A DNA stretch of 64,000 bases. Source: Squalus acanthias. Taxonomy: Eukaryota. The position numbers and the translations under genes are program-made. The notes beneath the pieces are model-generated. The model was given only the letters and a program-made list of their open reading frames with translations. It made no database searches and was not told the DNA's origin. Shown here piece by piece: positions 49,523 to 62,114 of the stretch; the stretch's first letter is position 1; each line of letters begins with the position of its first letter. The stretch is taken from positions 118,298,001-118,362,000 of the forward strand of contig CM059432.1 of the NCBI GenBank assembly GCA_030390025.1, given 5' to 3'.

Positions 49523-50179
49523 AGTCCTTGGCTGGAAGATTTAGGCACAGGCCTCTCCAGGCCGAGATTCAAGGCTCCAATGAGCAGGGTGTGGCTGGAG
49601 TGCAAGATCGACCTTCCCCTTTAAGAACTGGCTGGCGCCAGTGTGTCTGTGTTCCATCGCTAACTGACAGCACCTGCGCTGCGCCCGCGCTCTGAGTTAG
49701 CGCCTCGCTCCTCGGCCTTTGCGCCTTAAGACAGGTGTGTAGCACCTGATTTAGCGCTGTAATCACCTCCAGGGGCGCTAAATGTCAAGTTTGCAGTCGG
49801 AGGCGATAATTAGCGCCAGGCGCTAATCTTTGCGCCCAGCCGATAATTGCGCCCCAAATGGGGCGATACTGAATTTCTCCCCCTATATGAATAGCATAGT
49901 CATGGATTGTACATCAAAATTATATGGGGCTAGTAGGTATTTTCCTGTCTGTCATTTTTTGTATGTTCATATTCCATGTGGCCTGAATTCTCTCAGTTAA
50001 ATAGGAATATTTACCAATCAGGTATCCTGTTCATTTAATTAAAATAGATCATAGATAATGTGAAAGTCGGGATGCATCTGATGATTCAATGGGCAAATGT
50101 ATCTCCAGAAAGAGCTGCCTTGTATCGAATTAGCTGATCTCAGTCAGGACAGCAGTGCAAGTACTTCAATTGACACAAA

Positions 50180-51210
50180 AGCAAAAAACTGTGGATGCTG
50201 GAAATCTGAAATAAAAACAGAAAAACGCAGCAGGTCAGGCAACATCTATGGAGAGAGAAACAGAGTTAATGTTTCAGGCCGATGACCTTTCGTCCTTTGG
50301 TTGAGCAGTTTGGGCCTATACTCATTGGAGTTAAGAAGAATGAGAGGTAATCTTATTGAAACATGTAAGATTCTGAGAGGGCTTGACAGGGTAGATGCTG
50401 AGAGGATGTTTCTCCTTGTGGCGGAATCTCGAACTAGGGGTCATAGTTTCAGAATAAGGGGGTCGCCCATTTAAGACGGAGATTAGGGGGAATTTCTTCT
50501 CTCAGAGGGTCGTGAATCTTTGGAATTCTCTACCCCAGAGAGCTGTGGAGGCGGAGTCATTGAATATATTGAAGGCTGAGATAGACAGATTTTGAACAAC
50601 AGGGGAGTCAAGGGTTATGGGGAACAGGCAGAAAAGTGGAGTTGAGGCCAAGATCAGATCAGCCATGATCTTATTGAATGGCGGGGCAAATCGAGGGGCT
50701 GAATGGTCTACTCCTGCTCCTATTTCTTATGTTCTTATGTCAGAGCTGGAACAGTTTTAAGCAAGTGCAGGGGCAAGGAAAGGGGGGATGGGAGGAAAGA
50801 ACAAAAGGGAAGGTCTGTGATAGGGTGGAAGGCAGGAGTGATTAAATGACAAAAGGTATGATAGTACAAAGCAAAAAGAGTTGGTAATGGGACGAGTAAA
50901 GTGACAAAAGATGAGTCTAGAAGAGGTGTAAATGGGAATGGCAGAATCATCAACAGCTGCCATGTGAAAAAATAGGGGCAGAGGTTATTGTCTGAAATTG
51001 TTGAACTCGATGTTGAGTCCGGAAGGCTGTAAAGTGCCTAATCAAAAGATGAGGTGCTGTTCCTCGAGCTTACATTCAGCTTCATTGGAACAATATAGTA
51101 GGCCAAGGACAGAGAGGTCAAAGTAGGAGTGGAGCGGAGAATTAAAGGGGCAGGCGACCAGAAGCTCAGGGTCGCGCTTACGGACTGAACGGAGTTGTTC
51201 TGCAAAGTTC
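50180..51210 (-). mobile_element. Penelope-like fragment interrupted by a CR1 3' end (about 50295-50738, +)
   Basis: Reverse complement of the 34372-34820 family; the CR1 insert splits the hammerhead core, with GTC on both sides. Confidence 0.75.
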
Positions 51211-52037
51211 AGTTGGTTTCAGTGTCCCTGAGCTAAGGAAGGGGAAATATTCTGCTCCTATTACCTCTTTTGCTGAAAGCATATTTGTGTGGACGTTGGG
51301 TAAAGACTAAATCAGGTTTAAGTGTGATACCAGGCATGCTGGAATAGCATTCTAATTGTAGACTTGCACAATGAAGAATTGCCACTTGGGTGAGGCACCA
51401 CTTGCCACGGGACCATCCACCAGCATGAGCCACTTCCTTGAGGAGAGCTAGGTAGAAAACTGGAAATAAACAAGTAAGACTAGAAGGATAGGTAGAATGA
51501 CAGGACATTTTTATGATTTTATGAATCAAAAAATTAAAGTAGCCCTTTAAGGGGTTAAAATAATCTGAAGCTCTGAAGCTTTCAGAAAGGCGATAATTTT
51601 ATATCTTTGACTTCAGTGGCACCCACTTATTTACCACCTCATTTATTGTGACTTCCCATCTCAGATTTGTCAAACGTGATTTCCCTTTCATAAATCCGTG
51701 TTGACTTTGCCCAATCCTATTATTATTTTCTAAGTGCCCTGTTACCACGTCCTTAATAATAGATTCTAGCATTTTCCCTACTACTAATGTCAGGCTAACT
51801 GGTCTGTAGTTCCCCGTTTTCTCTCTCCCTCCTTTCTTAAATAGTGGGGTTACATTTGTTACCTTCCAATCCACGGGAACCGTTCTAGAATCTTTGGAAT
51901 TTTGGAAAATGACAACCAATGCATCCACTATCTCTATAGCCAACTCTTTCAAAACCCTTGGATGTAGGCCATTAGGTCCAGGGGATTTATCAGCTTTCAG
52001 TCCCATTAATTTCTCCAGGACCATTTTTTTACAAATA

Positions 52038-52289
52038 CAGTAAACTCTTTCTTATCCAGCACCTACGGGACCAGGATGGTGCCGATTGATGAAAAATTCT
52101 GGATAACAGAGAGGTAGGCAATTTTTAACACAAACAAAAATAAAAACCACTCACTAACTCGGCCACCGCGGGAGACTCGGACTCGGCAAAACAAGTGCTG
52201 GATGGATTCGGCAAGATTACCGGTTATCTATTTTGCCGGTTATTAAAGTATTCTGGATGATTAAGTGCCGTTTAAACAAGAGTTTACTG
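52038..52289. mobile_element. Tc1/mariner-pogo (Tigger-like) MITE
   Basis: TIRs CAGTAAACTCTT / AAGAGTTTACTG with TA on both flanks. Confidence 0.8.
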
Positions 52290-52386
52290 TACTAATTTCT
52301 TTCAGTTCCTCATTCGTGCTAGACCCTTGGTTCTCCACTATTTCCGGGAAGTTTTTTGCGTCTTCTTCCGTGAAGACAGACACAAA

Positions 52387-55300
52387 GGCCGTAATTTTGC
52401 CACAGAAGGTGGGTTGGAGTCGGGTTGGTGTTGGGTTCTGTGGTCGACAGGTTCCGGTCCCGCTGCCAGTTTCAGCCGCTCCCAAATAACTATTTTGATT
52501 TAGCTGGGCTTATTAAGCCCACCGTGCGCGCTACCCAGCCCAATCAGTGGGTGGGTGTCTGCTGCTCGCCTCTGCTGATGTCATCGATTCAGGTGGCTTT
52601 AAAGGGTCCATGTAGCCTTTGCTTTCATTTCCTTTATGCTGCTCCTGAAACCGGCCCACTGCAACATGACTGCGCCAAGATGTAAGGATGCTCCTCGTTT
52701 TGCTGATGACTCCCTCCATGCTCTTGTGGAGGGAGTAAGAGGGTGCAGGGACGTTCTGTTCCCTCTCGATGGCCGGAGGAAGCCTCTTCAGCAGACAAAG
52801 GCAGCCTAGCTGCAAATTGCTGAGGAGGTAAGTGCAAGGTCATTGTGCTCACGCACCTGGGTGCAGTGCCAAAAATGGTTCAATAATCTGCTACGCTCAC
52901 CAAAAGTGAGTATCACATCACACTTACCTTCAATCTGCTTCCCATCTGTTCTCATCACCAGCACTCTGCATTGTCAGCCTGCTCCTCCACATCCCAACTT
53001 ACCCTTACTTCCCTTGCACCCTTACCTATCCCTCTCTCTCTATGTACAGAATCACTCCACCATCCTACTATGCACCCCTCACACTCGCTCTCACTGTTAT
53101 GCAATGACAACAAGTAACAACGCACAGGGAGGCACCTTGGAATTGGCACCTCACTCCATCTTTGTTTCCCTCTAAGCTTCTATGTTATGGATTCTTCACA
53201 CTCACTCCATCAATCTCATTGAAACTCCACTTGTGTCCCTCATTGCAGGAAAAGAGAGCCCACAATAAGAGGGAGAGAGCGAGGACAGCAGGAGGCCCAC
53301 TATCCCTGGCCTATTTAACAAGCGCTGAGGAGACTGCTGACGACATCGTCGGAGGTGCAGAGGAGCTGGAAGTGGGGGACGGAGAGACAGGCGCAATAGA
53401 GCAAGCCGGTGACAGAATAGATTTGCAACCCTCTCATTTAGATTGCATGAGTGATTGATATGACATCTGATGTTCATACAGATTGAGTTCTGATCATCTG
53501 CACAATAGGATGTATCTGGTACCTAAATATCACATGCCTAACTCATGTCTTTACTTCCCCACAGGGCCCCCTCCCCACTGTCCAGGAGGAAGAGCCGGAA
53601 GACTCCTCAGAGGAACCTGGAGCCTCTGAGGGAGCAGCGTCACCAGAAATCAGCGCACCCAGCACCAGCGCAGAGTCACACACCTCGGTGGGTCCTTCGC
53701 GACATAGAGTAGTGTTGTCACCTGGTGTAACACAGCTCACAAGTGAACATCAGCAGATGGTGGAGACAGTGACAGCAGTGGAGACTCCTTGTCGGAGGTA
53801 ACAAGACGCTACTATCTCTGCTCAGCTGCATGTAGACGCTGTGCCTCTGGGGCCATCCAGAAAGAGAGAGGTGCTGTAACTTCAGGAACAAGTGCAGGAG
53901 TCTCTGACAGGGTTTGCATCCATGGTAACTGCGAGTGTGCAGAGAATGGAGGAGTCCATCTCAAACATGAGCACTGCCGTGGTGGACGCAATGGCAAATG
54001 AACGTGCCACCATGGAAAGGATGACAATCTCCATGGAGGACATAAATCGCCAGACTCAACAGAGCATGGTGACTCTTCTAAATAGATGGTCTGCTATGGA
54101 GGATAGATGGGCATCTATTGAGGAGAGACACCAGAGGTACATAGACGTCAACGTTATGAGGACTGTCAGTACAGAGATATGTCCTCATGGCCCCACTGAT
54201 GTGTAGCAAGGTGCTCTCCAGCCACTTGCTAGCAGCGAAGTGCGGGTGACCCATGAGAGGGATGTTGGTGGTCGACAACAAGGAAGTGTGGGCTCCTCTC
54301 CAAGCGCTCACACGACCATGCCACTGTGGAGCCCTCGGTCAGAGCCCCAGATTCCGCACCAAACTGGGATGGCCGTCTCAGCCCCTGCACAGCCGCAGGA
54401 AGAGCAGACTGTTGCCGAGCCATCCCAGGTTCCCAAACCCAGAGGACGCAAAGCAGTGCAGCATAGAAGTGAGCAAGGTGCCTCTACATCTGCTGAAGCC
54501 ACAGGGAAAGCACCACGTAGAAGCACGCATAAGAGAAAGTCAACACAGAAATAGTCACAAGGGTAGTCACTTGGGTGATTTCTTATCGGGGTCAGGGTGC
54601 CTTTCATGTGTAATGATGGTGGTGAGAGTGATAGGAAACCACAGTTTATTGTACAGATGATGTATGGTGTGTTAAAAAGGTCATCCAGACATTAATTTCC
54701 ATGTGCCAGCCATATGTGGTTGATGCGTTAACTTACGTGAATCTGGCATGGATGAGTGCATCCCTTGCCTCACAGCCAGCAATGTGGTCGCGTGCTGGAT
54801 GAATTGGCACATCCGTCCCTGCAAGGTGTCCCTCATCTGCCGCCTCCTCCTCCTGCTCCTCATCCTCCTCCTCTTCTGAGGAAGCTGTGCGCTGAGCTTT
54901 GTTCCTCAGGCAGTGCTAAGCCACACTGCTGTTCAATGTTGTGCAGGGCACAGCAGATCACAATAATTCTGGAGACCCTGGCTGGGGCGTACCGTCGGGC
55001 TCCACCAGATCTTGTGAAGGAATAAGTCATATAACCTATTCAGAAAAATACACTATCTTATGAAAGAATTCTGGCCTTATTAAAACATGACAAACTGGGT
55101 TTGGAAATTTAGAAACCTAACTATGAAATAACTATGAAAGCATTCTGGCTATTGAGATAAGACAATTGTTGACCCTGAATAAATAACCTTATTGAAACAG
55201 AAGGTGCATGGCTCCGACAAGCTGAACTTTTGGGAACAAAGCAATGGTTCACCCTGGATAAAGTGTTCTAATTTAAATTTCGTAAAGATGGCACATAAGA

Positions 55301-56991
55301 TAAGGAACATCTGCCCTCGTAAAGATGACATAAAATAAGAAACACCTGCCATTCACACCGTTTCTATATGGTCAACCCAGAACATCTGGAGATGAGACAA
55401 GATTCTGGCTGATGTGGCAGTAAGAGTTGCAGAGGTCGGCGGAAAGATGAATTGAGATAATTAACTTGCATCAGCAGAAAACCTTAAAGGAAATACCAAT
55501 GGAAAAGGGTATAAATATTGAACTCTCAAATGGGATATCAGACTCGCTTTCATCAGGCAAAGCAATTCTTGGCTGCAGAGGCAGCTCTGTAGTCTCCAAC
55601 TCTTTGTACCTCGGGGTTAAAAGGTATTTGATATTGATGGATATGCTGTATAAGAAACCTTTAAGGACTGTAATACTATAGCGAAGTTAAGATTTAAAAG
55701 TAAGATTCTCTGTTAATTATAAGATAGTAATTTTTCTCTTTTTAGAACTGTTAAAGTTGCGATTGACTGATTCACCAACTGTAAATTGCATGTTGGTTCT
55801 TTTAATAAATCTCTATATAATTTTTAGAATTGTCTCACATAAGTTTTCTGTGTCAATAACTCACAAACTCAATTTCTGTGCACTCTTTGGTGAAGAGTTA
55901 TAGAATTCTGAGGGAGTTTTCCGGACCCTCATAATTTCCGGGACGTTACAGTCTAGCTAAACTTATTAAAAGCGCTATCTGGAGGAAGGTAACATTCTCG
56001 GGTTGTTCCTTTCCTTTAGGGAGAGGTAGCCTGGACCTTTAGACCCAATTAAGCATCTTTAGGATTTGGCTACCTCAAACTTTAGTTGAAAGTGAACGTC
56101 TCAGAAATACGCCTGATCCGGGGTAGCCCTGAAGGGGCTAGGACTAGTAAAAACCCCTTCAATCTGTCGAGGCATCTGAATCGCATTTTGAGCAAGCCGA
56201 TGGTTTGCTCAATGATGCATCTGGTGGAAATGTGGCTCACATTGTACCGCTCCTCAGCTTCGTTTGATGGCCCCCTCATCGATGTCATTAGGCACGTCTT
56301 CAGGGGATAGCCCTTGTCTCCAAGTAGCCATCTGGAAAGTTGTCTTTGTGGATTGAAGAGCTGAGGCACAGTAGGCTGCCAAAGGATGAACGAGTCATGG
56401 CAACAGCCAGGGTACTTGGCGGAAACATGCATAATGTCCTTCCTGTGGTTACACACCAGCTGGACGTTAAGGGAGTGGAAGCCCTTGCGGTTGACAAATA
56501 CAGCTGGGTTGTGATGGGGTGCCCTAATGGCCACATGTGTGCAGTCTACGACGCCCTGCACCCTTGGGAAGCCCGCCACATTTACAAAGCCAACCGCGTG
56601 CGTGGTTACACTCGCTTCATCCGTGGAGAAGCGGATGTAATTGTGCACCTTTGCAAAGAGGGCATCGGTAACCTACGTGATGCAAGTGTGTGCAGCCAAC
56701 TGGGAGATGCCACTGATGTCTGCTGATGATCCCTGGAAGGATCCTGAAGCAAAGAAGTTGAGTGCGGTGGTGACTTTAACAGCCACTGGTAAGGAGAGGG
56801 CACCCACTCCTCTAGGCTCCAGGTCTTGGTGCAGCATTGTGCAGATGTCAGTGACTACCTCTCGTGAAAGTCTCAGCTTCCTTTGGCAGTGCTGCTCACT
56901 CATGTTGAGGAAGCTCATCCTCAGCCTGTATCTCCTGTGGCGAGGTGCAGCCCTGTGCTGACGGCCTCTGAGCACCGGCAAATTCACGGTC
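52387..56991. mobile_element. PIF/Harbinger transposon (Myb ORF2 on +, about 52666-54554; transposase on -, about 54680-56960), degenerate and carrying a solo LTR
   Basis: TIRs GGCCGTAATTTTGCC / [51 protein letters not shown] Myb motif. Confidence 0.85.
55013..56161 (+). mobile_element. Solo LTR (1149 bp) of a second LTR-element family
   Basis: TGTGAAGG...CCCCTTCA ends, ATCT TSD (55009-55012, 56162-56165), TATAAA at 55510, AATAAA at 55804; interrupts the Harbinger transposase at RFRCLDR|SGG. Confidence 0.82.
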
Positions 56992-58499
56992 AAAGTATTT
57001 GTTTAATTTCCCTGCCATTTCCTTATTACCCATTATAATTTCTCCTGTCTCAGCCTGTAAGGGACCCACATTTACATTTGCTAATCTTTTCCTTTTTACA
57101 TACCTATAGAAGCTTTTACAGTCTGTTTTTATGTCTCCCGCTAGTTTACTCTCATATTCTATTTTCCCTTTCTTTATCAATTTCTTGGTCCTCCTTTGCT
57201 GAATTCTAAAATCCTCCCAATCCTCAGGATTTTTGGCAACATTATAAGCCTCTTCCTTTGATCTAATACTATCTTTAACCTCTTTTGTTAGCCATGGTTG
57301 GACCACATTTCTAAATGTCTGTAAAATAGTCTAATAGCATTGGCGTTGAAAGCAGTATCATCATATAAGTTTAACATCTCCAAATTTTTGTTACATTCTT
57401 TATAATTCCCTCTGCCCAAAAATAATGTTTTGATCTTACAATGTTGTTTTTTGTTGTCAATTCCTGCCCATTGTTATTTTGAACATTAATGCTTTATGCA
57501 CACCTACAATTTAATTGTAACTTCAAATTGACTATGTATTGAGGAGGGAAGGATTCTTCAATAAATGATTTTTAAGACCATTAATGCTGTTTATTAAAGG
57601 ATTATCATGTTAGGTCTGTTACTTTGAAGTGTTCTGCATTGAATTATAATAACAGTAATCATAACAGGGAGAGCATGGGGCTCGGACTGGTGATTGCTCG
57701 TGGATGATAAGCTGCTCTTTACATCAGCAAGAATGGATCTACTATAGAAAAGAGCACTTCAGACAGATTAAGAACATGGAGAATAGAATAAGAGCTCCTG
57801 GCCTATTAGACTTCCTTCTGCTATAGAGGGCTTCACGACCTGGGTATTAATCCAGGAGGGTCGATCGCACTCTATATAGAACCCGCCTGATTCTCAACTT
57901 ATTCAAATAAAACAAATGAAAATCAGGCAGGTCTATCAAGGGCATACAATCCACCCCACCAGATTACCACTGGAAATTCTACCCTACAGTCTCTGCAATC
58001 TGCTATTATTATGGATTCTACCCCACTACTATAATCACCAGAGGGAAAGTTCTGAAACTATCTCTTACTGATCCCCAGACAGGCAATCAAAACTCTACAA
58101 CTTCATTCCCCAGATGACATTTCTGTGGTCTCAGTAGCATAGGAACTGCCAGCTCCATTCGATTAACTCTATCTGTACTTAATTTTATATTCAGGCCTTC
58201 TAGTTCTGCATTCACAATCCAAATCAAATAGTTACCTTGCAATTACATTCCACTCCCAGGCATCAAGAGTGTCGCAAATCAGGCACACTTATCTCCCTGT
58301 CCGGTTCTCTAATCTCCACACCCATTGAGTGAGACTCCAAACCAGGAGGGAAGTCTCCAAAACTTTCCCCTAATGCTCCAAATGTGATCTCACTGATCAA
58401 CTTTGTGAGATTTTAGTATTTCAACTCATAATTGACTTTCTGGTTTTTGATGTTCAATATTTCTTGAATACAGTGATCATTTTTAGCTTCTTTTTGTAT

Positions 58500-60045
58500 T
58501 TTACCCATGTTAGCTGATATTGTTAATGGTTCACTCTCTTCGGGTACTCTCCTCCTCCCCACCAAATCTGCTCTCATCACCCACCTCCTTAAAAGACCAA
58601 CCCTTGACCTGTCCGTCTTTCCAAACTACCACCCCATCTCCAACCTCCCTTTCCTCTCCAAAGTCCTTGAACGTGTTGTCCCCTCCCAAATCCATGCCCA
58701 CCTTTCCCGCAATTCCATGTTTGAACCCCTCCAATCAGGTTTCCGCCCCTGCCACAACACTGAAACGGTCCTTACTAAAGTCACAAATGACATCTTATGC
58801 GACTGTGATCATGGTAAACTATTCCACCTCATCCTTCTCGACCTGTCTGCAGCCTTTGACACGGTTGACCACACCATCCTCCTCCAATGCCTCTCCTCTG
58901 TCATCCAGCTGGGTGGGACTGCTCTCGCCTGATTCCATTCCTATCTATCCTGTCGTGGCCAGAGGATCTCCTGCAATGGCTTCCCTTCCAACACCGTTAC
59001 CTCTGGAGTCCCCCAAGGATCTATCCTTGACCTCCTCCTATTTCTTATCTACATTGTGCCCTTCGGCAACATCATCCGAAAACACAATGCCAGGTTCCAC
59101 GTGTACGTGGACGACACCCAGCTCTACCTCACCACCACGTCTCTCGACCCCTCCACTACCTCTGATTTGTCACGCTGCTTGTCCGATATCCAGTATTGGA
59201 TGAGCAGAAATGCCCTCCAATTAAATATTGGGAAGACCGAAGCCATTGTATTTGGTCCCCGCCACCAACTCTGTTCCTTAGCCACCAACTCCATACCTCT
59301 TCCTAGCCACTGTGAGGCTGTACCAGAATCTTAATGATCTTGCTGTCCTATTTGACTGTGAGCTGAGCTGACGACCACATATCCGCTCCATCACCAAGAC
59401 CGCCTATTTCCACCTCCGTAACATCACCCATCTCCACCCCTGCCTCAGCTCATCTGCTGCTGAAACCCTCATCCATGCCTTTGTTACCTCTAGACTTGAC
59501 TATTCCAATGCTATCCTATCACCTCCCACCTTGCACCCTCTGTAAACTTGAGCTCATCCAAAACTCTGCTGCCCATATCTTAACTCACACCAAGTCCCAT
59601 TCACATATCAACCCTGTGCTCGCTGACTTACATTGGCTCCTGGTCCAGCAATGCCTCACAAAATTCTCAACCTTGTTTTCAAATCCCTCCATGGCCTCGC
59701 CCATCCCTATCTCTGTATCCTCCTCCAGCCCTACAACCCTCCGAGATATCTGCGCTCTTCCAATTCTGCCCTCTTGCGCATCCCCAATTTTCTTCGCTCC
59801 ACTATTGGCGGCCATCCCTTCAGCTGCCTAGGCCATAAACTCTGTTTCTCCCTCCCTAAACTTTTCTGTTTTACTTTTTACTCCTCCTTAAGATGCTCCT
59901 TAAAACCTACCTCTTTGACCTTCACCTTTCCTAATATCTCCTTACATGGCTCGGTGTCAAATTTGTTTTGATCATGCTCCTCTGAAGCGTCTTGGGACAT
60001 TTTCCTACGTTAACGGCGCTACATAAATGCAAGTTGTTGTTGTTC
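58500..60045 (+). mobile_element. L2-type LINE 3' portion
   Basis: QSGFR, LLDLSAAFDTVDH, YVDDTQLY; (TTG)n tail. Confidence 0.88.
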
Positions 60046-60134
60046 TTGATTGACATTGAGAGATATTTTTAAATACTAGTTTTGCCATTTTTGCAATGAA
60101 AAGATACTGAAAAATACTGAATTTAGTAAATAAG

Positions 60135-60385
60135 CACCTTATATAGCAACTTTAATGCAGTAAAATGCCACAAGGCGCTTCACAGGAGCGTTATCAAACA
60201 AAATTTGACACCGAACCACATAAGTAGATATTAGGACAGGTGAGGAGGATGGTTTTAAGGAGCATTGTAAAGAAAGATAGCGAGTCAGAGAGGCTGAGAG
60301 GTTTAGGGAGGGAATTCCAGAGCATAACACCCAGGCAGCTGAAGGCACGGCCACCAATGGTGGAGCGATGAAAATTGGTCATTGA
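60135..60385 (-). mobile_element. L2 3' end fragment
   Basis: STIGGRAFSCLG..LWNSLP and the L2 3'UTR. Confidence 0.7.
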
Positions 60386-61558
60386 TATCCACACTAATGT
60401 GAGGGGAGAAACCGATCCAAAAGGACAGGTAAGAGTCAGTCTGGGACTTCTCTGTCAGAGCTGCTTTATGTGCCAACCAGCTCCTCACACCCACTCAGGA
60501 CTGTGTCAAGCACTGAAGAACTAGCCTGTGATTCTAAAGTGTCTGGAACACCCGTTGGAAAATTCAGAAGTTTACATGGAAAATTATGCATTTCCCTGTT
60601 CCATTTAATGAGTTATTTATTTTGTTCAGTTGCACATCCTAACACATAAGACAGGGGGTGCCAAGCATATTGATTCAAGGTCCACTTACCTCATTCATCG
60701 ATCTTACGAGAGCTCTGTTTGGAAAATGTTTTTTATTAAATGAATAAAGGCATCTCTCTCTCTTCTCTGTTACTTTTTCCATGTAACTCTGTTATGCCTT
60801 TCTCTATGTATATCTTTATGTTACTCTTTCAGGATTTGAAATTGCGATTTTTGTGAATTTCAGCAATAAAGCAAACATGAAGTAGTGTTTACTGCATAAA
60901 AGATTTCCCTTTCTATATCTGTTATTCTCCTTTCTGTGTTTTTCTCTTTCACTCTCTGCTTGTGACTCTGTTACTCTAATTTTCTCTCTGATTCCCATTC
61001 TGTTCTCTTTCTTTCTCTCTCTGCTACTCTGTCCCATCAGTATGTATATTGTAAACGGTGCCTATATTTTCCCATTCCCCAGTACCCCTCAACAGCTCAT
61101 CAGTATGCTGTTTAAGTTGTTACTTTGCTTCCAAGGTTCCTGAACAACTGACCAATGTACAGTTAACAATTTAGCAAGATTGAAAAGACAACTCAGAGCT
61201 GAATGAGACTTATGAAGCTTGACAGTGACACCCTCCTCAAGTTGTGGACCTCGGGCAACCTCAGCATTTGAAAGTGCCTTGAACTGGTCATTGCAGGAAT
61301 GACGTCAAGATGTAAGTAGATATGTGGAAACAAGCAAGTGTGGTTCTGAGGAGCAGGTGTACAAGGTGTTTTATTGGTGTTTTTATGCAGGAACTAGCAT
61401 TTGCATAGCAGCTTGACATCCCAAAGTGCTTCACAACCAATAAATTACTTTTGAAGTGCAGTCACAGTTGTAATGAAGGCCAACATAGCAGATAATTTGT
61501 ACACAGCAAGACTCTACAAACAACAAGTGAAATGAATGGCCAGTTAATCTCTTTTTTT

Positions 61559-61770
61559 GATGCGGAGATGCCGGTGTTGGACTGGGGTGGACAAAAGTGA
61601 GAAGTCGCACAACACCAGGTTATAGTCCAACAGTTTTATTTGAAATCACAAGCTTTCGGAGCGGCTGCTCCTTCGTCAGGTGAAGTGACGAAGGAGCAGC
61701 GCTCCGAAAGCTTGTGATTTCAAATAAAACTGTTGGACTATAACCTGGTGTTATGCGACTTCTCACTTTT
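61559..61770. mobile_element. Palindromic Penelope-like terminal insertion
   Basis: Inverted arms of about 85 bp (61593-61678 / 61687-61770); flanked by a TCTCTTTTTT duplication; inserted in a SINE. Confidence 0.75.
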
Positions 61771-62114
61771 CTCTTTTTTTGGGCAGCATTCATTGAGGAA
61801 AGAATGTTGGTCAGCACACTGGGAGAGCTCCCGATTCCTGAAGCAGTCATGTAGGATCTTTGACTTCCACATGAATAGGCAGACAGAGCCTCCAGCACTG
61901 CAGCACACCCCGAGTACTGCACAGAATTGTCAGCCTACATTTTATACTGAATTATTGAAATGGGACTTGAACTTATAAACCCCCTAACTCAGAGGCAAGA
62001 ATGCTACCACTAGCCAAGTTGACACTTTTAACATGCATTAACTTTAAAACTTTGCATTCAATGTGGTTTAATGGGGTTTTAGCAGTTAAACCCAAAAACA
62101 ATTCTACGCTTTTT

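Larger units (their letters stand above)
45769..49883. mobile_element. Full-length PIF/Harbinger DNA transposon (4115 bp)
   Basis: TIRs GGGGGAAAAAGTCAGT / ACTGAATTTCTCCCCC, 3-bp TAT TSD, convergent transposase and Myb/SANT genes. Confidence 0.92.
51660..57310 (-). mobile_element. CR1 ORF2 fragment (51660-52386 and 56992-57310) split by a MITE and a Harbinger
   Basis: ORFs 51599-52024 and 56896-57306 are CR1 ORF2 text that rejoins across the insertions. Confidence 0.8.
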
